Below, piece after piece: positions 8,087 through 16,709 of a DNA stretch of 16,913 bases. Position 1 is the stretch's first letter, and the number at the start of each line of letters is the position of its first letter. Below the pieces are notes generated by a model that saw nothing but the letters and a program-made list of their open reading frames with translations, searched no databases and was not told where the DNA came from. The DNA lies in UHGV virus genome UHGV-1580312. One strand, written 5' to 3'. The translations under genes and the position numbers were made by a program. Source of the stretch: a virus.

Positions 8087-8105
8087 TCTGACCATTAGCG
8101 GTTTT
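8076..8105. terminator. Bidirectional hairpin terminator shared by the convergent invertase and gpU genes
   Basis: Perfect 12-bp inverted repeat AAAACCGCTAAT-ctgacc-ATTAGCGGTTTT, with an A-run on one side and a T-run on the other. The invertase stop TAA (8084-8086) lies in the left arm. Confidence 0.5.
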
Positions 8106-8112
8106 GCGTTAA

Positions 8113-8607
8113 TCAAAACAGCCCTTTAACGGAGCTGGCCGCGCTGTTAAGGGATGATGTGACCTTATCTTTGAAGCCGGACAGCATATCACTGAACGAT
8201 GAGGATTGCAGGCGCTCCCGCAAATCCTCATCACAGCGTTCAAGAGTCAGTGAAAACTCTATCTTTTTCGCCTTACCGTAGCGATCAAACTCGGAGCGGG
8301 TCGTATTCGTTCCGGTCAGGACATACATGCCGTAAATCTGCCCGACACCATCAATCAGAGGCCAGGGGCGTCCTGTATATGCCTGCGTGGTCAGCAACGA
8401 AAGCGACACTTCGCCACCTGTAATTTCAGGATAAAGCACACCAGAAAGAACGATGCGATCATCGCCTGCCCCGATATACTGCCAGCTTGCTGAACGGTTA
8501 ACGCGTTCATTTTTCACATGCCGCCAGCTTTTGTTTTGCTGTAACTGCTGATGCGGCAACGTACGCAGCTCAAAAACAAACATGCCGTAGATCATCATCA
8601 TGGCCAT
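8113..8607 (-). CDS. U: Tail protein, P2 gpU-like
   Basis: 164 aa; the N-terminus M(A)MMMIYGMFVFELRTLP... and ...VLYPEITGG... resemble gpU. It follows the tape measure gene as in P2 (T then U). The true start may be one of the internal Met codons. Confidence 0.8.
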   Translation of the reverse strand: MAMMMIYGMFVFELRTLPHQQLQQNKSWRHVKNERVNRSASWQYIGAGDDRIVLSGVLYPEITGGEVSLSLLTTQAYTGRPWPLIDGVGQIYGMYVLTGTNTTRSEFDRYGKAKKIEFSLTLERCDEDLRERLQSSSFSDMLSGFKDKVTSSLNSAASSVKGLF

Positions 8608-8613
8608 GACTCC

Positions 8614-11457
8614 TCAATCTTTATCGTAAAAACTGCCACGCCCGGCACGGGCGCGCCGTTCCATTTCTGCCCTGACCATTTCACCGACCAGTTTCGCCAG
8701 TTCGCGGGGATTCTGCGTAACAACGTTATGCAGATGAACATGAATTTCACCACCAAATCCGGAGGCAACAGGCTCCCGGTTACGGGAAGTTACAGGAACT
8801 GATGCCACTGGAGATCGTATGGCCTCCGCCACCGGGCGGGAGCTGGCCGCAACAACAGGGACCAGCGCCGGAGGCAGCGGAGCCGGGACCACGGGGGTGA
8901 TATTCATTGCGGGGGCAGGCTTACTGACCTGTGCAATCTTCCGCTCCTGCCACTCCCCACGAACAGCAAGTGCGCGGGGCAGGTTCTTAAAGACAATATC
9001 GCCGGGGCCAATACGTTTTTTTGTCTCATCAACCAGCTTACCTGTGTTATCAGCAATTTTGCTGAGTCTGCGTAGCGTGCCGGTATTGCTGTCTGTGAGC
9101 GGTTTGTTGTCTTTGGGTTTATCGCCTCCGGTGCCATTGCCATTTTCCGCAGACTTCGGCGGATTGATTTTCGCAATGTCTCCCTGAAACAGAGCAACCT
9201 TGTCCTGAAGAATGGCCGCACGCTGTGCGTCTTCGATTTTCTTTCTCGCCCTTTCCGCTTCATCCGGAAGCACACCGAGTTTTTCAAGTATCCACGCCAG
9301 CGTATCCAGCAACATTTTTGCAGGCGTCAGAACAAGCTGTAGCGCGCCACCAAGAGCGTTACCGAATATCTCGCCAGCACTGGTACATTTATCCAGCGTT
9401 TCCTTGCTGGACTCCATCGGTGACAGCAGCGATTTAAACCAGTTAAACACCTGGCTGATCCCGCTTCCGATTGCGTCAAAAACAGGACCAAACCGTTCAA
9501 AGGTTTCACGCAACGGGTTCAGCCTTTCCATAATCCCGCTGAACACCCCGGCAAAAAATGCCCTGATGGGATCCCAGTATTTCCAGATAAGAACGGCAGC
9601 TCCGGCAAGCGCAGCCACGATAAGACCAACCGGACTGAACAGCGCCCCGATAGCGCCTCCCAGCAAAGAAACGGAACCCGTCACCATTCCCCACAGCGCA
9701 GGCAACACCCTGACGACATTCATTGACCGGGTAAGAATGTCAAAACCAAGACGCAGGGTGGCCAGCTTCCCGTAAAGCACCCCAATAACCAGTGACAACG
9801 AGCCAATCGTTGCAGTCATTGCCAGCAACGCACCGCCTGCTATCAGTAGCTGGCGCGTCAGTACCGGATGGGCCTGCGCCAGCGAGGTGATTTTTTCAAG
9901 CACCCGCGTGAGCCACTGCGTGACAGAACGCAGCGGACCGTCAACCAGATCACTGATGCGAATACGAAGACCTTCCCATGCGCTGTCGAGATTTTTCAGG
10001 TCCCCATCAAGATTATCGGCCATTACTTTTGCAACGCGATCGGCCTCTCCCCTTGCCCCCTGCAATTCTCTGGTCAGTTTTTGCAGCTCTCCTGAACCAG
10101 CCGCCGCAACAAGCGTCTGCAAACCAACGAACGCCTCTTCTCCGGCGATGTCCTTGAAGAAGGAGACCTGGTCCACCTGTCCGTATTTTTGTGTCGCCTT
10201 ATAGAGATCAAGCAGCACATCCTCCATCGGGCGCATTTTGCCTCTGGCGTCAGCAACTGACACCCCCAGCTCTTTCAGTGCATCAGCCGCAGCTTTTGGC
10301 GGTGATGCAAGGCGGGACAGACTTGCGCGCATGGCCGTGCCAGCATCGCTTCCGCGAAGACCATTATTGGCAAGCATCCCAGCCATAGCCGCCGCTTCTT
10401 CAAGACTGATACCAAGTTTTGCGGCAACCGGACCGGTATACTTCATGGTTTCGCCCAGCGCGCGTAAATCAGTATTGGTCCGGGTGAATGCCGCTGTCAG
10501 CGTATCGCCAACCCGGTCCATTTGATCGGCTGTCAGGTTGAACTGTGTGAGGATATTGGAGCCTATATCCGCCGTCTCGCCGAGTTCGACGCCACCTGCC
10601 AGCGCCATATTAAGAACACCGGGCAATGCGGCCTGAATGGCCTGCGGAGTAAAACCAGCCATTGCCAGAAAGCTCTGCCCACTGGCGGCATCACTCGCAG
10701 TAAACTGTGTTTCAGAGCCAAGTTTTAACGCCTGCTCACGCAGCGCCTTAAACTGCGGGCTGTTTTTGTCGATTCGCGTCAGTGCCTGAACGCGGGACAT
10801 CTCTTTGCCGAACCCGATCGCAGGCTGCAAAAAACGCCCGGCAGCATAGCCGCCCGCCGCTGCCGCACCAATTGCCAGCGCACCACCTGTTTTCAGTTTT
10901 CCCGCGGTTTCCTGCGCGCGCGAATACCGCTCACGCGCCCGCGTTACACGCGCAAGCGCCTGCCGTTCGCGTTCAAGCTGGTTGTTGTACTGTTCGGTGC
11001 GTCTGATGGCCTGCTGGATGGTGTTATCGCTGCCTGTCAGGGAAATGCCGTGGCGTTTCAGCTCTCCGCCAAGCTCCCGCATTTTCTGAATTTCCCGTGT
11101 GCGCGATTCATTCAGGCGTTCAAGCCGGGTGCTTAACTGCTGCATCAGCTTTTGTTGTTTTTCGCTGAGCACTGTACCCGTGCGTTGTAACTGATTAAGG
11201 GCGTTAAGCTGGCGTCGTGCTTTCACGATACCCGCATCCGCTTTACTGACAGCGTCGCGGGCGCGCTCAAATGATCGCGCCTGACGCTCGAGATTTTTGA
11301 TCGCCCCCTGCGTTCGCTGGATGGAGTCACCAAACTGCCCCATCAGGCGGCGGGCGTTTTCGGCAGGCCGGGTCAGCCTGTCAACGGCGCTGAAAGCGAC
11401 CCGGATATCAAGAGTCTTCATTGTCTGCATTCCCGCTGCGAAGTGCCGCCCGCTCAC
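8614..11457 (-). CDS. T: Tail tape measure protein, P2 gpT-like
   Basis: 947 aa with a coiled-coil-rich N-terminal half (many Q/R/E/L/A heptads), hydrophobic central segments and a Gly/Ala-rich region. Position between E' and U. The listed start is GTG at 11457; ATG alternatives are at 11430 and 11421. The 5' end overlaps the end of E'. Confidence 0.85.
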   Translation of the reverse strand: MSGRHFAAGMQTMKTLDIRVAFSAVDRLTRPAENARRLMGQFGDSIQRTQGAIKNLERQARSFERARDAVSKADAGIVKARRQLNALNQLQRTGTVLSEKQQKLMQQLSTRLERLNESRTREIQKMRELGGELKRHGISLTGSDNTIQQAIRRTEQYNNQLERERQALARVTRARERYSRAQETAGKLKTGGALAIGAAAAGGYAAGRFLQPAIGFGKEMSRVQALTRIDKNSPQFKALREQALKLGSETQFTASDAASGQSFLAMAGFTPQAIQAALPGVLNMALAGGVELGETADIGSNILTQFNLTADQMDRVGDTLTAAFTRTNTDLRALGETMKYTGPVAAKLGISLEEAAAMAGMLANNGLRGSDAGTAMRASLSRLASPPKAAADALKELGVSVADARGKMRPMEDVLLDLYKATQKYGQVDQVSFFKDIAGEEAFVGLQTLVAAAGSGELQKLTRELQGARGEADRVAKVMADNLDGDLKNLDSAWEGLRIRISDLVDGPLRSVTQWLTRVLEKITSLAQAHPVLTRQLLIAGGALLAMTATIGSLSLVIGVLYGKLATLRLGFDILTRSMNVVRVLPALWGMVTGSVSLLGGAIGALFSPVGLIVAALAGAAVLIWKYWDPIRAFFAGVFSGIMERLNPLRETFERFGPVFDAIGSGISQVFNWFKSLLSPMESSKETLDKCTSAGEIFGNALGGALQLVLTPAKMLLDTLAWILEKLGVLPDEAERARKKIEDAQRAAILQDKVALFQGDIAKINPPKSAENGNGTGGDKPKDNKPLTDSNTGTLRRLSKIADNTGKLVDETKKRIGPGDIVFKNLPRALAVRGEWQERKIAQVSKPAPAMNITPVVPAPLPPALVPVVAASSRPVAEAIRSPVASVPVTSRNREPVASGFGGEIHVHLHNVVTQNPRELAKLVGEMVRAEMERRARAGRGSFYDKD

Positions 11458-11937
11458 GCCAGCTAACCACTTCGCCGGGCGTCATCATGAAGATTTCGGC
11501 GGGCGACCAGTTAAAAATGGCGGCAATATCCGCCACAAAGTCTTCTATGTGCTCAAAGCACACAACCGTGATCAGGCTTCCGTCGCCTGTTCGCTCTTCC
11601 CGCCAGAGTCCGCACCGCTCAAAAAATTTACGGCAACCACACATAACTGAATAAAATCACGGGATGCCATTTTTTTGATCGTCACTTCATCCAGTCGTGG
11701 CGAGGTCACGCGTGACAGCAGCGTAAACATGGATTCCGCTTTCAGATTCAGCACATCAGACAGCGACAAATCTCGCAGAGATCCAGCCTGCTCAATAGCC
11801 CCGGTGATCTCCACATACGTGATTTTTTCGCCGCCTCGCTCAATTGGTTGGGTAAGTTTTACGCCACGCTCACTGGTTTCTTTCACAGTGTCAGTAACTA
11901 CCGTGTTTTCGGTATCGATGTTTTTCGTCTCTTTCAT
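11408..11937 (-). CDS. gpE+E' fusion made by programmed -1 ribosomal frameshift (E' extension ends at 11408)
   Basis: The -1 frame relative to E is open from the slippery site to the stop at 11408 (...FFERCGLWREERTGDG...). Slipping at T-TTT-TTG changes ...VNFLSG to ...VNFFERCG. The E' end overlaps the T start, as in P2. Confidence 0.65.
11572..11937 (-). CDS. E: Tail assembly chaperone, P2 gpE-like (frame 0 product)
   Basis: 121 aa; ATG at 11937 preceded by AAGGAG. It contains the TTTTTTG slippery heptamer near its 3' end and sits between the tube and tape measure genes. Confidence 0.75.
   Translation of the reverse strand: MKETKNIDTENTVVTDTVKETSERGVKLTQPIERGGEKITYVEITGAIEQAGSLRDLSLSDVLNLKAESMFTLLSRVTSPRLDEVTIKKMASRDFIQLCVVAVNFLSGADSGGKSEQATEA
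11620..11626 (-). other. -1 programmed frameshift slippery heptamer T TTT TTG (E/E')
   Basis: Read directly from the sequence: minus strand ...GTA AAT TTT TTG AGC... This is the same heptamer used by P2 E/E' and is analogous to lambda G/GT. Confidence 0.65.
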
Positions 11938-11991
11938 CAGGAAACTCCTTTCAGTCAGAGGCGACGCACTGCGCCGCCTGCATATTACTTA

Positions 11992-12504
11992 TCAGCCAAG
12001 CCCGAGCGCGGAACGGATGCGATCGGGCACAATGTCCTTGCCGTCCTTCCGGTAGATGTGGTTCAACAGGTCGATTTCCCACAGCGGGCGATCGTTAACG
12101 CTCAGCTTGTAGTAGGTGTTTTTGACAGCGTAAGTGTGTGATGTGGCTTCGCCCTGTTTGGCCTCCCCCATATCAATTTCCGTCACACGCCCGCGCATCT
12201 CGATTTCATACAGATCGCTTTCTGCATCGGTGTAGTATTCACCCGCAAAACGCAGCAGCGTGCCGTCAATCGTGCCGCCATATTTAAGGAACAGCGCACG
12301 AACAGCTCCCCCCATGACAAAGCTCGCATCAAGCGCGGAGTCGTCCAGACCGAGATCAATACTTACCGCCCCCATCATGCCACCACCCCGGTAGCTGTCG
12401 GTTTTGCGCGTCAGCTTAGGCAGAGTGACGGACGTCACCTTACCCACTTCGTTTTCACCATCCACAAACAGCGTAAAAAAGCGAAGATGTTTTGGTACAG
12501 CCAT
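11992..12504 (-). CDS. FII: Tail tube protein, P2 gpFII-like
   Basis: 170 aa; ATG preceded by GGGAGG. The start overlaps the sheath gene stop (TGATG). Size and position are typical of gpFII. Confidence 0.85.
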   Translation of the reverse strand: MAVPKHLRFFTLFVDGENEVGKVTSVTLPKLTRKTDSYRGGGMMGAVSIDLGLDDSALDASFVMGGAVRALFLKYGGTIDGTLLRFAGEYYTDAESDLYEIEMRGRVTEIDMGEAKQGEATSHTYAVKNTYYKLSVNDRPLWEIDLLNHIYRKDGKDIVPDRIRSALGLG

Positions 12505-13688
12505 CAGGCACCTCCCAGCACCGCAAATGCGGGACCAAAGAATTCATCAGTAAACGTCTGGTAAAGCTCCATGTCTTCCAGTGGCGGAACGGGCGTATAT
12601 TTGTAGCGAATACGCACACGTCCCTGACGTAAATCCGTGGTGCCGTTATCCACCACGTCATACCAGCACTCCGCGCCAATCAGTTTCCCGGCAGTAACCA
12701 GCGAATCCAGTTTTGCCCTGATGGCACTGATAACATCCTTCACGTTCGCAGGCGTCAGTGGACTGTCGATGGTTTCAAACTGCGCTTCCGCAATTGAATC
12801 AGCCAGCACCTGTGCGGTTCGGGTATACACCTCAAAGATGTAGGCGTTCGTTTCCGGTGTGCGGTTGCCCCAGAAGCGGAACCCGTTGCGACGAATAATG
12901 GTCGTGATTTCTTTGTTGTTGAGGCTGTTGGCATCGCTGTCTTCGGCCTGCAACGACCAGAACACATGCCTGGACATCCCCAGCACATTTTTAACCGGAA
13001 CGTTGGACAGTGATTTGTGCCATCCCTGCTCATGGTCAATGTACGCACGAAGGCCGCACGCATAGGCAGGCGCGGGGAACGTTTCGTTTTTGCCACTTTT
13101 CGGGTTGTAGGCGATGAAGTCCGGCCATAAGAGCATCACCTCACGTTCGTTGAATTTCTGGCGGTAGGTAATCACCTCAGCCATCGTGTTACAGCCGTGA
13201 CATGAGGCATACACAAACGCGCGCAGTTTACCCGCAATCACGCACAGGGATTTTGTCACCGCCTCCGTGTCCAGCTCCGGCGCGGCCAGAATACGCGGAC
13301 GGTATCCGATGCTTTCATCCTGCTCTGCAACAAGCAGCGCATACATCCCCGTATAGCTGCCGTCAGATTCAGAACCACCGATAACCAGTTGATCCTGCGT
13401 CTTTCCGTCTTCTTCTTTGTGTTCAGCCACGCGAACGACGATCACCTTTGTGCTCACCTGGTCTGCGATGGCCTTAAGCGCACGATAAAGCGTCCCCGTT
13501 GTCCCGCATTTTCCCAGCACGTCATTGACGCGGGTCAGCAGTGTGGGCTTGTTCAGCGGGAACAGCTTCGCGTCCGCATCATCCGCCGTTGCCACGATAC
13601 CGATAACGCTGGAATCAACATCGTTAATCGCTGTTACCAGGTCGGTATTTTCCGTAACACGGGCACCATGAAAACGAGTTTCACTCAT
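12504..13688 (-). CDS. FI: Contractile tail sheath protein, P2 gpFI-like
   Basis: 394 aa; multiple blocks (...FPLNKP...LKAIADQ...PRILAAPELDT...KLRAF...WPDF...DHEQGWHKSLSNV...RRNGFRFWGNRT...YTRTAQV...YKYTPVPPLE...) match the sheath family pattern. Confidence 0.9.
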   Translation of the reverse strand: MSETRFHGARVTENTDLVTAINDVDSSVIGIVATADDADAKLFPLNKPTLLTRVNDVLGKCGTTGTLYRALKAIADQVSTKVIVVRVAEHKEEDGKTQDQLVIGGSESDGSYTGMYALLVAEQDESIGYRPRILAAPELDTEAVTKSLCVIAGKLRAFVYASCHGCNTMAEVITYRQKFNEREVMLLWPDFIAYNPKSGKNETFPAPAYACGLRAYIDHEQGWHKSLSNVPVKNVLGMSRHVFWSLQAEDSDANSLNNKEITTIIRRNGFRFWGNRTPETNAYIFEVYTRTAQVLADSIAEAQFETIDSPLTPANVKDVISAIRAKLDSLVTAGKLIGAECWYDVVDNGTTDLRQGRVRIRYKYTPVPPLEDMELYQTFTDEFFGPAFAVLGGA

Positions 13689-13845
13689 AGCTTTAGCCCC
13701 TTGTATCCGTTAAATGATTCGGCAACAATCATCACCCACCACGCGCGTAATCTCACCCCTGTGCCGTTCTCCCGATCCGGCGACAACAAAAAGCAGTAAC
13801 CCCCTCCGCACGCACATGCGACCATGCCGCACAGGGAGGGAACAG

Positions 13846-14955
13846 ATGACCGATACCACCATGCAATTGCTCAGTCAGGGCACAGACCCCGTGAAAATGC
13901 CGGATTTTGATATTCTCGCGGAGGGTAAAACGCTGTCAGGCGTGGCAGAGCGCCTGATGAGCCTGTCACTGACCGACAACCGGGGATTTGACGCGGACCA
14001 GCTCACCATCACGCTGGATGATGCGGATGGTCAGTTGCAGCTACCGCCACGGGGCGCGCGCCTGACGGTTCTCATTGGCTGGAAAGGAGAACCGCTGACA
14101 GAAAAAGGCACTTACATTGTTGATGAAATCGCTCACGAAGGACCGCCGGACAGGCTGACTGTTTCAGCCAGAAGCGCAGATTTTCGGGATGAATTTAACG
14201 TTAAACGTGAGGTGTCCTGGCATGATGTGACCGTTGAGCGTGTGGTATCCGCCATCGCTCATCGGTATGGTCTGAAACCGCAAATCAGCGAAATGCTGAT
14301 GGATATCGAAATCGACCACGCCGACCAGACCGAAGAAAGCGATATGTCCTTCCTTACGCGCATGGCGGAAATGCTGGGCGCAATCACCACGGTAAAAAGC
14401 GGCAATCTGTTATTCATCATGCCAGGTGGTGGCGTGAACGCACAGGGCCAGCCGTTGCCATCGTTCGCCATCACACGCAGCAGCGGCGATCGCCATCAGT
14501 TCCGCATTGCTGACCGCGAGGCGTATACGGGGGTACGCGCTTACTGGCTTGATCTTAATTACGGGAAAAAGAAAAAAGTCAGCGTGAAACGCCGCAAACC
14601 GCCAAAACCCAAAAAGGAGAAAAGCAGCAGCCGTGAAGGTGATTATATGGAAGGCGCGGAAGGCAATGTGTTTGTGTTACGCAAGACTTATCAGAACGAG
14701 CAGGCAGCAAGACGCGCAGCGGCGGCAAAGTGGCAGCAGCTACAACGCGGAGCCGCATCATTTTCCATCACGCTGGCGCGTGGACGTGCAGAACTCTACC
14801 CCGAAATGCATGGCACGGTAACAGGATTTAAAAGCGAGATTGATAATCAGGACTGGATTATTGCAAAAGCCGAGCACACCATTGATAACAGCGGCTTTAC
14901 CACGCAGCTTGAGCTTGAGGCAAAAATCCCGGAATGGATAGCAGAAACAGCGTGA
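13846..14955 (+). CDS. D: Tail/baseplate hub protein, P2 gpD-like (late control D family)
   Basis: ATG at 13846 preceded by GGGAGGG. Motifs ...SLSLTDNRGFDADQLTITLDDADGQ...ARSADFR...SWHD...ESDMSFLTR...ITRSSGDRHQF...YTGV...EGDYMEGAEGNVF...KWQQLQRGAASFSITLARGRA...SGFTTQLELE fit gpD-family proteins. The ORF-track start at 13714 is less likely. Confidence 0.8.
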   Translation: MTDTTMQLLSQGTDPVKMPDFDILAEGKTLSGVAERLMSLSLTDNRGFDADQLTITLDDADGQLQLPPRGARLTVLIGWKGEPLTEKGTYIVDEIAHEGPPDRLTVSARSADFRDEFNVKREVSWHDVTVERVVSAIAHRYGLKPQISEMLMDIEIDHADQTEESDMSFLTRMAEMLGAITTVKSGNLLFIMPGGGVNAQGQPLPSFAITRSSGDRHQFRIADREAYTGVRAYWLDLNYGKKKKVSVKRRKPPKPKKEKSSSREGDYMEGAEGNVFVLRKTYQNEQAARRAAAAKWQQLQRGAASFSITLARGRAELYPEMHGTVTGFKSEIDNQDWIIAKAEHTIDNSGFTTQLELEAKIPEWIAETA

Positions 14956-15008
14956 ATGTCTTAAATGTATTAGTTCAGATATGTACTAGCAATAAACATA
15001 GTTAGAAA

Positions 15009-15024
15009 GGCCGCTAACGCGGCC
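15009..15024. terminator. GC hairpin between the convergent gpD and AT-rich ORF (likely terminator for the minus-strand gene)
   Basis: GGCCGC-taac-GCGGCC; on the minus strand it is followed by TTTCT directly downstream of the AT-rich ORF stop. It is weaker as a plus-strand terminator. Confidence 0.4.
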
Positions 15025-15046
15025 ATATTAATTAAAACTCCAGTTA

Positions 15047-16216
15047 CTAATATTGAGAAAGATAATCAGCGACTCCATCTGCAGGGTTTCGCCCACCAGT
15101 ATAAATTGTGCCTAATTCTTGAGGTGTAACATATGTTGTAGGCCAAATGGCCATATTTTTAAAATAGTTATCTATTTTTATTCTTTGAAGTTCTTTAAAG
15201 AGATAATCTTCTAAGTCATTTCTTTTTAGACAGTTAACATAATAAGCAGCCGCACTTGCTACTATATCTACAATTTGTAATTGAGGATACTCTTGTGATG
15301 AATGGAATGTCAAAGAACGAGCTTTAATTGGCAATTCAAATTTTCTTCGATCATAACCATATGCCTCCGTAATTTTTGATATATCCATAAATTTATCAAA
15401 AATATCTTTCTTCTCTGTAATAGCTTTGGAATCGTCATGCTTAATATAAAAACCATTAGGGTATAATTTACCCCATTCTACACAGTGTCTAAAGAGGCTT
15501 GGTATAGATGGATCTAATGTGCTTTTCTCAACACCTTCCAATATATCATCAATATCGCTTCTGGTAATACTAATTCTGTTTATTATATCTGTGAATATCT
15601 TATCACTTGAGCATATCTTTAACTCATCAATTACCCTGTAAAATTCATCAATTGACTCAGTCGATTGGCTTCTGATCATATTCATAAAACACTGATACAT
15701 TACCTCTGTTTTTTCCTCCCCACAGAAAGCAGGGAAACAGAAATAGTAAACATTAGACAGAGCTAGATTCTGTCCATTTATATAAAGATCTATTCCTCTA
15801 TTAGAGCACCACGTCTCGATCAAAATATCAACAATCTTTGCTGTTAGCATGTATTTTTTATCGACCAAGTATATTTTAACATTCTCTTCATTGACATATT
15901 TGCTTTCAAGAAGCCTAATGATGCCATCCTGACCAGATTTTCTACGTCTAAGAGTTTTAAAGTGGGCTTCTGTTGGAGATTTGCTTCCGGTTAGTTCTAA
16001 TGCCTTAAGCGCATCCTGTTTACTAATACTACTTGAACTTAAGGTAAAAACAGGTTGCAATGGATCGAGTAAATTTCCGCCAGTATTACCTGATTCATCA
16101 AAAAATATATCAGGCTTTATATACAACATTTTATTTATCTTTGCCGCTAAGTTTCTTTTTTTCTCATTTTCTCGCTTAATTTTATTATCTCGCCTACGTT
16201 GACTATTCTTTCCCAT
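15047..16216 (-). CDS. AT-rich cargo ORF of unknown function; possible DE-motif (DUF3800-like?) protein
   Basis: 389 aa; ATG preceded by GAGGT; own hairpin terminator. GC is roughly 25-30% against roughly 55-65% in the flanking phage genes. It has a basic N-terminal 29 aa followed by MLYIKPDIFFDESG and later QIVDIVASAAAY. The family assignment is from memory only and unverified. Confidence 0.7.
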   Translation of the reverse strand: MGKNSQRRRDNKIKRENEKKRNLAAKINKMLYIKPDIFFDESGNTGGNLLDPLQPVFTLSSSSISKQDALKALELTGSKSPTEAHFKTLRRRKSGQDGIIRLLESKYVNEENVKIYLVDKKYMLTAKIVDILIETWCSNRGIDLYINGQNLALSNVYYFCFPAFCGEEKTEVMYQCFMNMIRSQSTESIDEFYRVIDELKICSSDKIFTDIINRISITRSDIDDILEGVEKSTLDPSIPSLFRHCVEWGKLYPNGFYIKHDDSKAITEKKDIFDKFMDISKITEAYGYDRRKFELPIKARSLTFHSSQEYPQLQIVDIVASAAAYYVNCLKRNDLEDYLFKELQRIKIDNYFKNMAIWPTTYVTPQELGTIYTGGRNPADGVADYLSQY

Positions 16217-16320
16217 AAATACCTCACAATCTGAATTAGATATCCCAATTTAACGCATTAATAACATAATGTTATGATATCACACAATCAAAATAACGTG
16301 CTGATTTTAATGTATCAGGT

Positions 16321-16351
16321 TTGACTAGCTATTCTTTGATAAGCGAATAAT
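16321..16351 (+). promoter_or_regulatory. Candidate sigma70-type promoter upstream of the ogr-like gene
   Basis: TTGACT (16321-16326), 19-bp spacer, AATAAT (16346-16351), about 100 bp upstream of the ogr ATG. The spacing is longer than optimal, so this is weak. Confidence 0.25.
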
Positions 16352-16448
16352 AAGAATGTCAGCCCCTCAACTCAAAGCGGTTTAGTCAGTTGGAATCGGA
16401 GCTAGTAGAACTTAAAATAACAGAAGCACCACGTTAAGGGAGGTCTCT

Positions 16449-16709
16449 ATGTTCCGTTGTCCGCTTTGTGGCGCATCTGCCCGTATCCGCACAAGTCGTC
16501 CGGAAAATGATTCAAACACCGTGCGGCAAAAGTATTACCAGTGTAACAACCTGGAATGCGGCGTATGCTTCTCAACACTGGAAGCCTTCCATAAATTCAC
16601 ATCAAAACACGCCTCCGCCGTTCACTCTTCAGAAGGTATCCCGTGGCATGAGCTGCCAGCTTCACACAGGGGAAACAATCAGATGAGTTTGCCTTTACCT
16701 CAGAACTAA
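16449..16709 (+). CDS. ogr: Ogr/Delta-family zinc-finger late transcription activator
   Basis: 86 aa; GGGAGG SD. MFRCPLCGASARIRTSR...YYQCNNLECGVCF gives the C-x2-C...C-x4-C zinc-finger arrangement and N-terminal pattern of P2 Ogr. Position after gpD at the prophage right end. Confidence 0.85.
   Translation: MFRCPLCGASARIRTSRPENDSNTVRQKYYQCNNLECGVCFSTLEAFHKFTSKHASAVHSSEGIPWHELPASHRGNNQMSLPLPQN

Noticed and set aside
8087-8112. Second invertase crossover site at the U/invertase junction that could explain the FI-U block inversion
   Set aside because: The sequence GGTTTTGCGTTAATCAAAAC has the half-sites in the wrong relative order (GGTTT...AAACC rather than AAACC..GGTTT) and no partner site is present near 13689-13845. 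It is better explained as part of the terminator region.
8199-11006. Numerous 60-190-aa ORFs on the plus strand and in alternate minus frames within the tape measure, gpU and sheath regions
   Set aside because: They are fully nested in long, well-supported P2-type genes in GC-rich DNA where spurious open frames are expected, and have Pro/Arg/Ser-rich low-complexity translations.
11657-11676. T7/A7 homopolymer as the E/E' frameshift site
   Set aside because: The -1 frame from this run hits TGA at 11657-11659. The functional slippery site is the downstream TTTTTTG at 11620-11626.
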